A stretch of 64,000 nucleotides of DNA. Source: an uncultured candidate division Zixibacteria bacterium (GTDB lineage Bacteria; Zixibacteria; MSB-5A5; UBA10806). Location of the stretch: NCBI GenBank assembly GCA_963801605.1, contig CAWDFP010000006.1, positions 1,344,001 to 1,408,000 on the forward strand, given 5' to 3'. Shown here in pieces: positions 29,239 through 38,289 of this stretch; the stretch's first letter is position 1; every line of letters starts with the position of its first letter. The notes beneath the pieces are model-generated. The model searched no databases and had not been told where the DNA came from. It worked only from the letters and a program-made list of their open reading frames with translations. The position numbers and the translations under genes were made by a program.

Positions 29239-31918
29239 ACTTATTTTAATAGACGGTTCGGCGGTTGTTTATCGAGGTTACTTCGCATTTATCCGCAACC
29301 CGCTGATAAATTCGCATGGCGAAAATACCGGAGCCGTGTTTGCGTTTATCAGTTCTCTTACGAAAATAATTAATGAACAGCAACCTGATTATCTGGCCGT
29401 AGTATTCGATACCCCCAAACCGACTTTTCGCCATAAAATACATGCCGAATATAAAGCTAACCGCGTCAAACCGCCCGCCGAATTGATTGAGCAATGGCCC
29501 TGGATCGAGGAAGTCGTCGCTGGTTTTAATATTAAAGTTATCAAGATGGAAGGCTACGAGGCTGATGATATCATCGGCACGCTTTCCGAACAGGCAATGA
29601 GGAAAGGGATTGAAACTCTGCTGTTTTCGGGAGACAAAGATTTCTTTCAATTAGTGCGCGATAATGTCAAGATTCTTCATCCCAAAGATTTTTCCATTAT
29701 GGATGCTAATGCCGTGAAGGAAAAATTCGGAGTATTACCCGAAAAGGTAATCGACACCTTGGCGCTGATGGGAGATAAATCCGATAATGTCCCCGGCATA
29801 CCTGGCGTGGGGACAAAGACGGCCGTTGCACTGATCGATGAATACGGTGATCTTGATACCGCCCTTGAGAAGGGGCCCAAAGAAAAGAAGGGTAAGCTCG
29901 CCGAGCTCCTTGCCACCTATAAAGAGCAGGCTATTCTATCCAAAAAATTAGTGACGATTGATATGAATTGCCCGGTTGAGCTTAATCTCGATGAATTGAA
30001 AATTCAAAAACCTAACTCCGATGTTCTTATACCGCTGTTTCGACGGTTGGAATTCAAAGGCCTGGCCGATAAACTGGCTGCTCCCCAAGCGGTGAATCTT
30101 TTCGCCACCGAAACAGAAGGACCGATCGCGGCCTATAAAACTGTTCGCGATCTTTCCGAACTCGATAACGTGCTCGCAAGTATGGCAAAGCTCAAGGAGT
30201 TGGCGCTCGATACGGAAACAACCTCGCCCAACGCCATTGACGCCAGTCTGGTTGGTATCTCGCTTTGCGCCAAAGAGGGGAATGCTTTTTATATTCCGAT
30301 AGCGCACACTACGGGGACAAGCCTGCCGATGGGTGAGGTGCTGGAACGGTTTGAAAAATTTTTCAAGGCGGATATCAAAATCATCGGCCATAATATTAAA
30401 TATGATCGCCAGGTTCTTCGAAACCACGGCTTATATATGGATAAGCTTGCGTTTGATACTATGATCGGAGCGTATTTGCTCGATCCCGGCAAACGCGCCT
30501 ACGATCTTGATTCCCTTGCCCTCGAATTTTTCAACTATAAGAAAGTTTCAATAACCGAGCTTATCGGCAAAGGGAAAAAGCAGATCGGTTTTGCGGACGT
30601 GCCAATAGACAAGGCTACCATGTATTCCGCCGAGGACGCTGATTTCACGTTTCGGCTCAAACAGTTGATCGAACCGCAAATAAAGGAACTCAAGCTTTTG
30701 CCGCTTTTGAATGATATCGAAATGCCCCTGGTGCCCGTGTTGGGTGATATGGAGGAAACCGGTGTCAGAATCGATCTCGGATTCTTAAAAGAGCTTTCCA
30801 AAGATTATGGCCATAAGTTAAAAAGTATCGAACAAAAAATTTATACGGAATGCGGCGAGGAGTTCAATCTTAATTCTCCTCAGCAGCTTGGCCGAATACT
30901 TTTCGATAAGCTCAAACTCAAATCTACTCGTCGTACAGCCAAAGGAGGCTCCCGGGCAACATCTGTTGATATCTTGGAAAAGCTGGCCCTGACTCATCAA
31001 GTGCCTCGAATGGTTCTGGAGTACCGTCAGTTAACGAAACTTAAATCGACTTATATCGATGCTCTTCCACTAATGGTTAATCCTCGCACCGGGCGCGTGC
31101 ATACCAGTTTCAATCAGACTATCGCGGCCACTGGACGGTTGTCGTCCACAGACCCCAATCTTCAAAATATCCCTATCAAAACCGATGAGGGCCGAGAGAT
31201 TCGAAAAGCGTTTATTCCTCGCGGTAATGAATATAAGTTTGTTTCCGCCGATTACTCCCAGATTGAGCTTCGCATTATGGCTCATTTTGCCGGCGACACC
31301 ACCATGATTGAATCGTTTAAGCGTGGCGAAGATATCCATAGGCGTACAGCAGCCGAGGTTTACGGAGTCGAAATCGAAAATGTTACGCCCGCTCAGAGAC
31401 GGAAGGCTAAGACTGCCAATTTCGCGATCATCTATGGTGTCTCCGCCTATGGATTGGCTCAACAATCGGAGTTAACCCTATCGGAATCAAAAGAATTCAT
31501 CGATGTTTATTTCGAGCGTTATCCTGGAATCAGGAAATACATGGACCGCACGATTGAATTTGCCCATAAAAACGGTTATGTCTCCACGCTCTTCGAGAGA
31601 CGGCGTTATTTACCCGATATAGACGCCAAATCGGCTCAAGCGCGAGCCTTCGCGGAACGGATTGCAATCAATACACCGATCCAGGGAACCGCGGCTGATA
31701 TGATTAAAATTGCCATGATTCATATCGCCCAACGTATGAAAAATATGAAATCGAAAATGATCCTTCAGGTGCATGACGAACTTGTGTTTGACGCTCATCA
31801 GGATGAACTCGACGAGCTTAAGGCGCTTGTCAAACATGAAATGGAGCATGCTGTGGAGCTCAATGTCCCGATCAGGACCGATATCGCCGTTGGCAATAAT
31901 TGGCTGGAGGCCAAATGA
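29231..31918 (+). CDS. polA: DNA polymerase I
   Basis: LIDGS 5'-3' exonuclease, DTETT 3'-5' exonuclease, ADYSQIELR, QVHDEL. Confidence 0.97.
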   Translation: MSKLILIDGSAVVYRGYFAFIRNPLINSHGENTGAVFAFISSLTKIINEQQPDYLAVVFDTPKPTFRHKIHAEYKANRVKPPAELIEQWPWIEEVVAGFNIKVIKMEGYEADDIIGTLSEQAMRKGIETLLFSGDKDFFQLVRDNVKILHPKDFSIMDANAVKEKFGVLPEKVIDTLALMGDKSDNVPGIPGVGTKTAVALIDEYGDLDTALEKGPKEKKGKLAELLATYKEQAILSKKLVTIDMNCPVELNLDELKIQKPNSDVLIPLFRRLEFKGLADKLAAPQAVNLFATETEGPIAAYKTVRDLSELDNVLASMAKLKELALDTETTSPNAIDASLVGISLCAKEGNAFYIPIAHTTGTSLPMGEVLERFEKFFKADIKIIGHNIKYDRQVLRNHGLYMDKLAFDTMIGAYLLDPGKRAYDLDSLALEFFNYKKVSITELIGKGKKQIGFADVPIDKATMYSAEDADFTFRLKQLIEPQIKELKLLPLLNDIEMPLVPVLGDMEETGVRIDLGFLKELSKDYGHKLKSIEQKIYTECGEEFNLNSPQQLGRILFDKLKLKSTRRTAKGGSRATSVDILEKLALTHQVPRMVLEYRQLTKLKSTYIDALPLMVNPRTGRVHTSFNQTIAATGRLSSTDPNLQNIPIKTDEGREIRKAFIPRGNEYKFVSADYSQIELRIMAHFAGDTTMIESFKRGEDIHRRTAAEVYGVEIENVTPAQRRKAKTANFAIIYGVSAYGLAQQSELTLSESKEFIDVYFERYPGIRKYMDRTIEFAHKNGYVSTLFERRRYLPDIDAKSAQARAFAERIAINTPIQGTAADMIKIAMIHIAQRMKNMKSKMILQVHDELVFDAHQDELDELKALVKHEMEHAVELNVPIRTDIAVGNNWLEAK

Positions 31919-32502
31919 TCATTATCGGATTAACCGGTGGCCCGGGGACAGGCAAATCGCTGGCCGCAAAATATCTTGCCGAAAGAGGCGCTATCATACT
32001 TTCAGGAGATGATGCCGGCCGACGGGCAGTGGATGAGCATCCCGGAGTACTTCGAAATCTCGTGAAAGCATTTGGCAACGAGATACTAAATTCCGATGGC
32101 GCCCTCAATCGACGCCTGTTGGGCCGGATCGCTTTCTCCGATGTTGAGGCTCATCGCAAATTAAATGAAATAGTTCATCCCATGCTGCTTAAGATTCTAA
32201 AATCCGATCTCAAAAAACATCGTAAGAAATCGAAATTGGCCGTTATCGATGCCGCTCTCATTTTCGAATGGGGTATTGCCGATTGGTGCGATTATATCCT
32301 GGTTGTTACCGCCAAACGTGATATCCGTTTGAAGCGCTTAAGGGCGCAAGGCCTCTCCAGTCGCGAGGCCCGGGATCGAATCAGCTCCCAAATTCCGGAT
32401 CGCGACAAAGCGGCTCTGGCAGATTATGTTATTAAAAACAATGGCTCCAAAACTCAACTTCGAAATGCTATATTAAAATTCCTCAAATTGTTGCCTGATT
32501 AA
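31915..32502 (+). CDS. coaE: Dephospho-CoA kinase
   Basis: IGLTGGPGTGKS, LNEIVHP, DAALIFE. Follows polA. Confidence 0.92.
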   Translation: MIIIGLTGGPGTGKSLAAKYLAERGAIILSGDDAGRRAVDEHPGVLRNLVKAFGNEILNSDGALNRRLLGRIAFSDVEAHRKLNEIVHPMLLKILKSDLKKHRKKSKLAVIDAALIFEWGIADWCDYILVVTAKRDIRLKRLRAQGLSSREARDRISSQIPDRDKAALADYVIKNNGSKTQLRNAILKFLKLLPD

Positions 32503-32795
32503 TTATTATATACTTTTCCTCTCTCAGGCTTTACGGGATACGAATTGTGTTGATCCCTGACGCTTTCCCAATCAAAACCATCCATTACCGTGTTTCCATC
32601 GCAATCATCGTAGGGACACATCTGAATGCCGTCAATATCGCGATATTCACCACGATGATAAGTCCTCTGACAATGCAGGCACCATAAATAATCAGAGCGT
32701 TTCTCCTCGTTGAAAACTTGATCGCGATGATACCCATCCTTAACCCCGGCGATTTTCATCATTCTGCGATACATGTCACTTTGCGGATCTTTCAT
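32499..32795 (-). CDS. Small putative Zn-binding protein
   Basis: GGAGG RBS. WCLHC and CPYDDC motifs. Confidence 0.7.
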   Translation of the reverse strand: MKDPQSDMYRRMMKIAGVKDGYHRDQVFNEEKRSDYLWCLHCQRTYHRGEYRDIDGIQMCPYDDCDGNTVMDGFDWESVRDQHNSYPVKPERGKVYNN

Positions 32796-32897
32796 TGTTC
32801 CTCCATGTAAAAATTTCCTCAAATGCTTAAATTATATCAGGCGTTACTGACAGAACCTGTCAGTAGATTTTGCATGATTTTGAGGCCATCACAGATG

Positions 32898-33083
32898 GCT
32901 CGCGGGTTCCGCGGCCCCGACGAAGTCGGGGCACAGAAATCGGATTGGACGCCCGAAATTCTTATAAGAAGAGTGGTATGCTTCCTTTGTAAAAGTGATC
33001 TATCCCCGATTATGAGAAGGCCAAACGGGCTCCAATCCGATTTCTCCTTTTGTCCCTTGGGACAAAAGGCGGAACCCGCGGGC
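32898..33083. repeat. Nested palindromic (MITE/REP-like) element
   Basis: CGCGGGTTCCGC (32901-32912) pairs with 33069-33080 and AGAAATCGGATTGGA (32935-32949) with 33031-33045. Side hairpins at 32914-32932 and 33046-33069. Confidence 0.8.
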
Positions 33084-33128
33084 TTTTTCCCTTGCGGATT
33101 ACCACCGCGATCTCCTAAATAGTGATTC

Positions 33129-33836
33129 ATGCATCTCTGGGGTTACATTGTCAACACGCTTGCTGTAATAGCAGGCTCCGGTCTTGGCTTGTTGGCGGGA
33201 GCTCGTATATCCGATCCCGTTAAAAAGATCATTTTGACCGCCCTCGGGCTTTCCACAATTTTGATTGGTATCCAAACAACCGTAGCCACTTCTAAGGTCC
33301 TTTTGGTTGTAGGGTCGCTCGTTGTTGGCGGAATTATCGGGCAATTGATCGGTATTGAGGAGTGGTTGGAACGAGTCGGCGAAAAGATTCACTTAAAAAT
33401 TGCCAGACCTTCAAACAATGATACTCAACCGGCACCCAATACTTTTGTTTTGGGATTTGTGACTGCCTCGCTTTTATTTTGCGCCGGGCCGATGACAATC
33501 GTCGGTTCGCTTCAAGACGGTTTTGCGCGGGATGCCAATATCATCTATATCAAATCGCTTATGGATGGTGTGGCGGCAATTGCCTTAACCGCCTCGATGG
33601 GTGTGGGAGTGATTTTCTCCGCTGTTACGGTATTTGTTATGCAGGGTCTGCTAACTTACGCCGGTATGGCTGCCGGTAATTCTATCAGTAAAATCGTGAT
33701 GGACGTAATTAGCGCTACTGGCGGGGCATTAATTTTGGGAATTGGATTTAACCTTTTGGGATTTGGGAAAATAAAGGTCGGGAATTTAATTCCAGCGCTT
33801 TTTGTCGCGGGTATTTTGGCGTGGTGGCTTTTGTAG
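33129..33836 (+). CDS. DUF554 (YqgA/YdfK-like) membrane protein
   Basis: G..VN..AV..G, GFVTASLLFCAGPMTIVGS, KSLMDG, ATGG.LI..IG motifs. Confidence 0.88.
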   Translation: MHLWGYIVNTLAVIAGSGLGLLAGARISDPVKKIILTALGLSTILIGIQTTVATSKVLLVVGSLVVGGIIGQLIGIEEWLERVGEKIHLKIARPSNNDTQPAPNTFVLGFVTASLLFCAGPMTIVGSLQDGFARDANIIYIKSLMDGVAAIALTASMGVGVIFSAVTVFVMQGLLTYAGMAAGNSISKIVMDVISATGGALILGIGFNLLGFGKIKVGNLIPALFVAGILAWWLL

Positions 33837-34061
33837 AAATTCATTTGTTGTGGTTATTTAGAGAATTATAATATGGATGATAAAAATATCAGGTACCTTT
33901 AATAATAATGGTTAATGCCTCCTATGATGTTTGTCGATAATAAGTTAAGTGAATATATGAAAGTAAGTTCAATCATTGAATCGAGGGATCATAGTATCAG
34001 GATTTCATATTTTTCAAGGCTTGTTCGAGGTTGCTTGAACCTCTGTTCTGCAAAATTATTC

Positions 34062-34089
34062 TTGACATTTTTTTCGGCGAAGGTATTTT
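34062..34089 (+). promoter_or_regulatory. Putative sigma70 promoter of the porU operon
   Basis: TTGACA-16 bp-TATTTT, ~170 nt upstream of the porU ATG. Confidence 0.5.
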
Positions 34090-34260
34090 AATTGCAACGA
34101 TTTAGAGGAAAGGGATTGCGTATCGCGATTAGTTAAAAGGTTTTTGTAGAGAAGCAGAACAACTGAAGAAAGCGTGCGCTACATTAACCTGTTAGCTGAT
34201 TTTTGATTTTGCGGGCAATTTCCCTCGCCCGGAAAATCAAATTGCGGGTATGGAGACCTA

Positions 34261-37200
34261 ATGAATCGTTCCTCTCAATCGAAAAAATTAACAGCCATCA
34301 TCTATCTATTTATCATAATGCTCTGCGCCAATTTATCTTGGGCGGGGGCCATATTTGATGATGATGTGGAAATTCTGCAATCGGATGCCGGTGGCGTAAC
34401 TCTTCGCTATATTGTTCCGGATGCTTCAATTGTGCCTTATAGCGAGGATGGTTTTAATCTGTTGAGTATTCCCGGAACAGCACAAAATGCCAAAGAGGGT
34501 ACAATCGAAATCCCCCTCAAAATCGTACCGTTGGCTATGCCGCCCGAAGCTTCAGCGAGGATAACCGTTCAGGAATCCCAATATGCACCCATAGTTTTCC
34601 AGCAGCTGGCGCCATATTTCTCACGACCTAACTCTGACGCGCTCCATCAGGCCTATCTTCAAGCTAAACTTGCTAAGCCGATTATCCCCGATGATAAACC
34701 TTATATATCTTCCAGCGGCGTCACGCGAGGCTTGAACATTGCTCGTCTCGCGATTCCCGCAGCTCGGTATTCTCTTGAACCTCAGGAAATTTCCGTGCTA
34801 AAAAGTATGACGGTGCGCGTCGATTTCGTCGGAGGCAGTCAGAAATTCGCTGAAGGATATCGAGATCCGGGGCCGGCTTATCGACGAATGTTCGAACAAA
34901 TCATAGCTAATTATGATATCGGACGTAACTGGTATCTACCTCGTAATCTGCCATTTGCCAAAGCGGCCATAACCAGTTCGACTCCATTCGACTCCTCTGC
35001 AACCTGGATCAGGATTGAACTTACCACTGACGGTATTTATGGTTTTGGCTGGCCGCAATTTTCCATGGTTGGAATCGATCCCTTAAGTATTGACCCCACT
35101 CGTATCAGGGTATTTTATGGTGGTGGCCAGGAACTTCCTGTAGCCAATAGCCAGCCTCGACCTCAGCTAACTGAAATCCCCGTCAAAATTCTGGGCGGCG
35201 ACGATGGAAGTTTCGATAACGGAGACCTGGTTGTTTTTTATGCGGATGCGGTAGATAGTTGGCAATACTCCACGCAATTTCACAGGTTCGAACGCTATAA
35301 AGATCATTACACTGATAAAAATGTTTACTGGCTTACGTTCGATGGCGATTTCCAGGGACAGCCGCGCCGGATTGCATCCTTTGATGGGGCTCCCGATGGT
35401 CCGGTCGATATCTCAGTCGATAGCTACACCTCGGTTGCCCATAAGGAACAGGAAACGGTCTTCTGGTTTTCCGGCGATCAGGAAATGGATGAATTCGAAT
35501 GGTACTGGGGAAGAGGCTTGACGTTTTCTGTCACTTCCCAGTTGACTGATCTGGTGCCCGGCTCCGAGGCTACTGTAACTGTCAGGCATCAATATGGCGA
35601 TCCTACCTTGTCGGTAAATGGCGGCGCCCCTATTACGGGCATGCTTTATCCAACATTTGCCTTTTACAAAACTTCCGAATTCGTCGAGGGCGCCAACGGC
35701 CTTCAATTCCAATCGCCCGGCGATATGACTCTCGATTATGTTGATGTTGATTACAAGCGATGGCTTAAGGTTGTCGATGGTGTCTTGACGTTTACACAAC
35801 CGGATTCTTTTGGAACGATAAAATACACGCTTACTAATGTGAGAACGCCCTATTTTCTGTTCGATATTGGCGATAGAAATAATCCCGTTGAAATTGTAAA
35901 TGGGACTCTTGATAACGGCAATCTGGCTTTTGATGATACCGTTTCTTCTCTATCTCATAAAAGGTATTGCTTCACCAGCCGCGACAGACTGAAAAGCCCC
36001 GGAGCGGTTTCGCTCTATCAAATGGATAATCTCAGGGATGCTACCCTTTCTCAGAATCGCGCCGACGAAATTATCGTCACTTATGATGGTTTCTATGATC
36101 AGGCCGTGCGCCTCGCTCAACACCGGCAGGCCGCCAATGGTTTGACTGCCAGGGTTGTAAAAATATCCGATGTCTATAATCAATTCTCTTTCGGACTCAC
36201 CGATGCTGTCGCCATTAGAGATTTTCTCAAATACGCCTACGAAAACTGGCCCGACCCGGCCCCCAGTTTCGCCTGCTTGCTTGGCGACGGCAACTATGAT
36301 TATCGAAACTATCATGGCAACAACCTTCGCAATTATATTCCTCCCTTCGAAAATACCACTGCTATGGGGGATGAGAATTTCATTTATTTCAACAGGGATG
36401 GCTTTCTTGATTCTGATGGCAATCTCCTTCCCGATATGGTTATCGGGCGTATTAATGCCCGAAGCGCCCAGGAAGCCGATGATATTGTCAGCAAAATCGA
36501 GGATTATGATACCAATCCCGATCTTGGGCCCTGGCGGAATCGCGTGGTTATAGTCGCCGATGATAATTTGCATCCGGGTGACCCCAACGAGAGATACCAT
36601 ACCAATCCCCAGGCTGAAGCCTTAGCGAACGGACATGTCCCGGCCAAATTCGAAATCAATAAAATTTATATGGTCGATTACCTCATGGGTCCGGGAGGGG
36701 AGAAGCCCGAAGCCCGTAATGCTCTTATCAGTGCCTGGAATCAAGGCGCCTTAATTATAAACTGGATAGGCCACGGCAGCGCCAATCTTTGGGCTGATGA
36801 GCATATCTTCCGGCGCGTCGAGGATATCCCCAGGCTGACTAATGGTAAAAGGCTGCCCCTGGTTTTCACCGCCTCATGTTCTATCGGCCGTTTCGATGTT
36901 CCCAATGTCGAATGCATGGCGGAAGAGCTATTGCGCGGAAGATCGCGCGGGGCAATTTCGGTGATCTCGGCCACTCGGGATTCCTGGGCGACACCCAATC
37001 AATTCCTTAATAATTATTTCTTCGATCAAGTCCTGGTTCACGACTCGATCGGGATCGGCATGGCCTTGTACATGGCCAAATTCCTGCGCGCTAACTATGG
37101 ACAGGTAGATGACAATGATCGCCGCTATATGGTCTTTGGCGACCCTGCCCAGATTCTCCAATATCCCAAATATGATGTCAACATAACGGCCGCTCCCGAT

Positions 37201-38253
37201 ACTCTGGTCGCCCTCTCGGTAGACAGCCTGGCCGGTGAGATTACCGATGATCACGGTAATTTACAAACCGATTTCAACGGTACCGTTTGGATTACCGTTA
37301 AAGATGGAAGCGTAGTCCGTCAGGTAACCCTGAGAGACTGGCTGAATAATCCCTTACCATATCAGGTAACTTTCATCTCTCCGGGCTCAACTATATTTTT
37401 CGGGCCCGCTGATGTGGTCAACGGCCATTTCTCCAGCCGATTTTTCATCCCCAAAGATATTTCCTATGGCAGCCGAGGCGCTAAGATTTACGCCTATGCC
37501 GGCAATGGTTCGTATGATGCCGTCGGCGTAAAAGACTCGCTTGCTATCTCCGGTTCGCTTTCGACTGTTCAGGATACCGTCGGCCCGTCTGTATCGCTTC
37601 TGGTGGATGGCCGCCAGTTTGGTGACGGTGTCACCATGGTGCCTCTAAGCTTCACATTGGGGGCTGAGGTTCACGACGAGCACGGGATAAATATTACCGG
37701 ACAACTTGGGCACGGGATTGTCGCCGCAATCGATGGCGGGGAAGTTTACAGCGGGGACGTTACCAGCTATTTCCGCTATAACCAGGGCGACTATCAAAGC
37801 GGCAGGCTCGATATCAAGCTGCCCGAAATACCTGCCGGTGAACATGATATTTCCCTGAAAATCTGGGATAATTTCAATAACTCCACTCTCATCACGCGCC
37901 GTATCGAGGCAGTGGCGACCGACAAGCTGGAATTGACTGATGTTATGAACTATCCAAATCCAATTAAGGCCGGAATGTCCAGCACTGCTTTTCAGTACTG
38001 CCTCAACGATAATGTCGATCATGTGACAATAAAGTTGTTTACCGAATCGGGTAAGAAAATAAAAACTATCGATATCACCTCAGGCGATCTAACCCGGATG
38101 GATTGTAACCAGGTAAATTGGGATCTTTTGGATGCCGACGGCGACCGCCTGGCAAACGGGATTTATCTATATAAAGTTACCGCTGAGAAACGGCTCCCTG
38201 ATGGCTCAAGTGAAAATGCCGATAAAACGGGTAAACTGGTTATTCTCAGATAA
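34261..38253 (+). CDS. porU: PorU-like C25 (gingipain-family) sortase with C-terminal CTD
   Basis: Propeptide, LLGDGNYDYR, IGRI, VADD, NWIGHGS (His), TASCSIGRFD (Cys), HGINITG..GH, WDNFNN, MNYPNP. Confidence 0.85.
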   Translation: MNRSSQSKKLTAIIYLFIIMLCANLSWAGAIFDDDVEILQSDAGGVTLRYIVPDASIVPYSEDGFNLLSIPGTAQNAKEGTIEIPLKIVPLAMPPEASARITVQESQYAPIVFQQLAPYFSRPNSDALHQAYLQAKLAKPIIPDDKPYISSSGVTRGLNIARLAIPAARYSLEPQEISVLKSMTVRVDFVGGSQKFAEGYRDPGPAYRRMFEQIIANYDIGRNWYLPRNLPFAKAAITSSTPFDSSATWIRIELTTDGIYGFGWPQFSMVGIDPLSIDPTRIRVFYGGGQELPVANSQPRPQLTEIPVKILGGDDGSFDNGDLVVFYADAVDSWQYSTQFHRFERYKDHYTDKNVYWLTFDGDFQGQPRRIASFDGAPDGPVDISVDSYTSVAHKEQETVFWFSGDQEMDEFEWYWGRGLTFSVTSQLTDLVPGSEATVTVRHQYGDPTLSVNGGAPITGMLYPTFAFYKTSEFVEGANGLQFQSPGDMTLDYVDVDYKRWLKVVDGVLTFTQPDSFGTIKYTLTNVRTPYFLFDIGDRNNPVEIVNGTLDNGNLAFDDTVSSLSHKRYCFTSRDRLKSPGAVSLYQMDNLRDATLSQNRADEIIVTYDGFYDQAVRLAQHRQAANGLTARVVKISDVYNQFSFGLTDAVAIRDFLKYAYENWPDPAPSFACLLGDGNYDYRNYHGNNLRNYIPPFENTTAMGDENFIYFNRDGFLDSDGNLLPDMVIGRINARSAQEADDIVSKIEDYDTNPDLGPWRNRVVIVADDNLHPGDPNERYHTNPQAEALANGHVPAKFEINKIYMVDYLMGPGGEKPEARNALISAWNQGALIINWIGHGSANLWADEHIFRRVEDIPRLTNGKRLPLVFTASCSIGRFDVPNVECMAEELLRGRSRGAISVISATRDSWATPNQFLNNYFFDQVLVHDSIGIGMALYMAKFLRANYGQVDDNDRRYMVFGDPAQILQYPKYDVNITAAPDTLVALSVDSLAGEITDDHGNLQTDFNGTVWITVKDGSVVRQVTLRDWLNNPLPYQVTFISPGSTIFFGPADVVNGHFSSRFFIPKDISYGSRGAKIYAYAGNGSYDAVGVKDSLAISGSLSTVQDTVGPSVSLLVDGRQFGDGVTMVPLSFTLGAEVHDEHGINITGQLGHGIVAAIDGGEVYSGDVTSYFRYNQGDYQSGRLDIKLPEIPAGEHDISLKIWDNFNNSTLITRRIEAVATDKLELTDVMNYPNPIKAGMSSTAFQYCLNDNVDHVTIKLFTESGKKIKTIDITSGDLTRMDCNQVNWDLLDADGDRLANGIYLYKVTAEKRLPDGSSENADKTGKLVILR

Positions 38254-38289
38254 GGAATTAATTACGAAAATGTTTTTGTGGTCTAATAT

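Noticed and set aside
32823..33130. ORFs 32823-33122 and 32837-33130 (likewise 57284-57962 and 59586-60235)
   Set aside because: They run through palindromic non-coding elements and show no protein motifs. The many antisense ORFs inside large genes were also treated as shadows.
33932..33942. Recurrent GYCGATAW sigma28-like -10 element (also ~15335 and ~22220)
   Set aside because: No consistent TAAA -35 at the right spacing, and too short to separate from chance.
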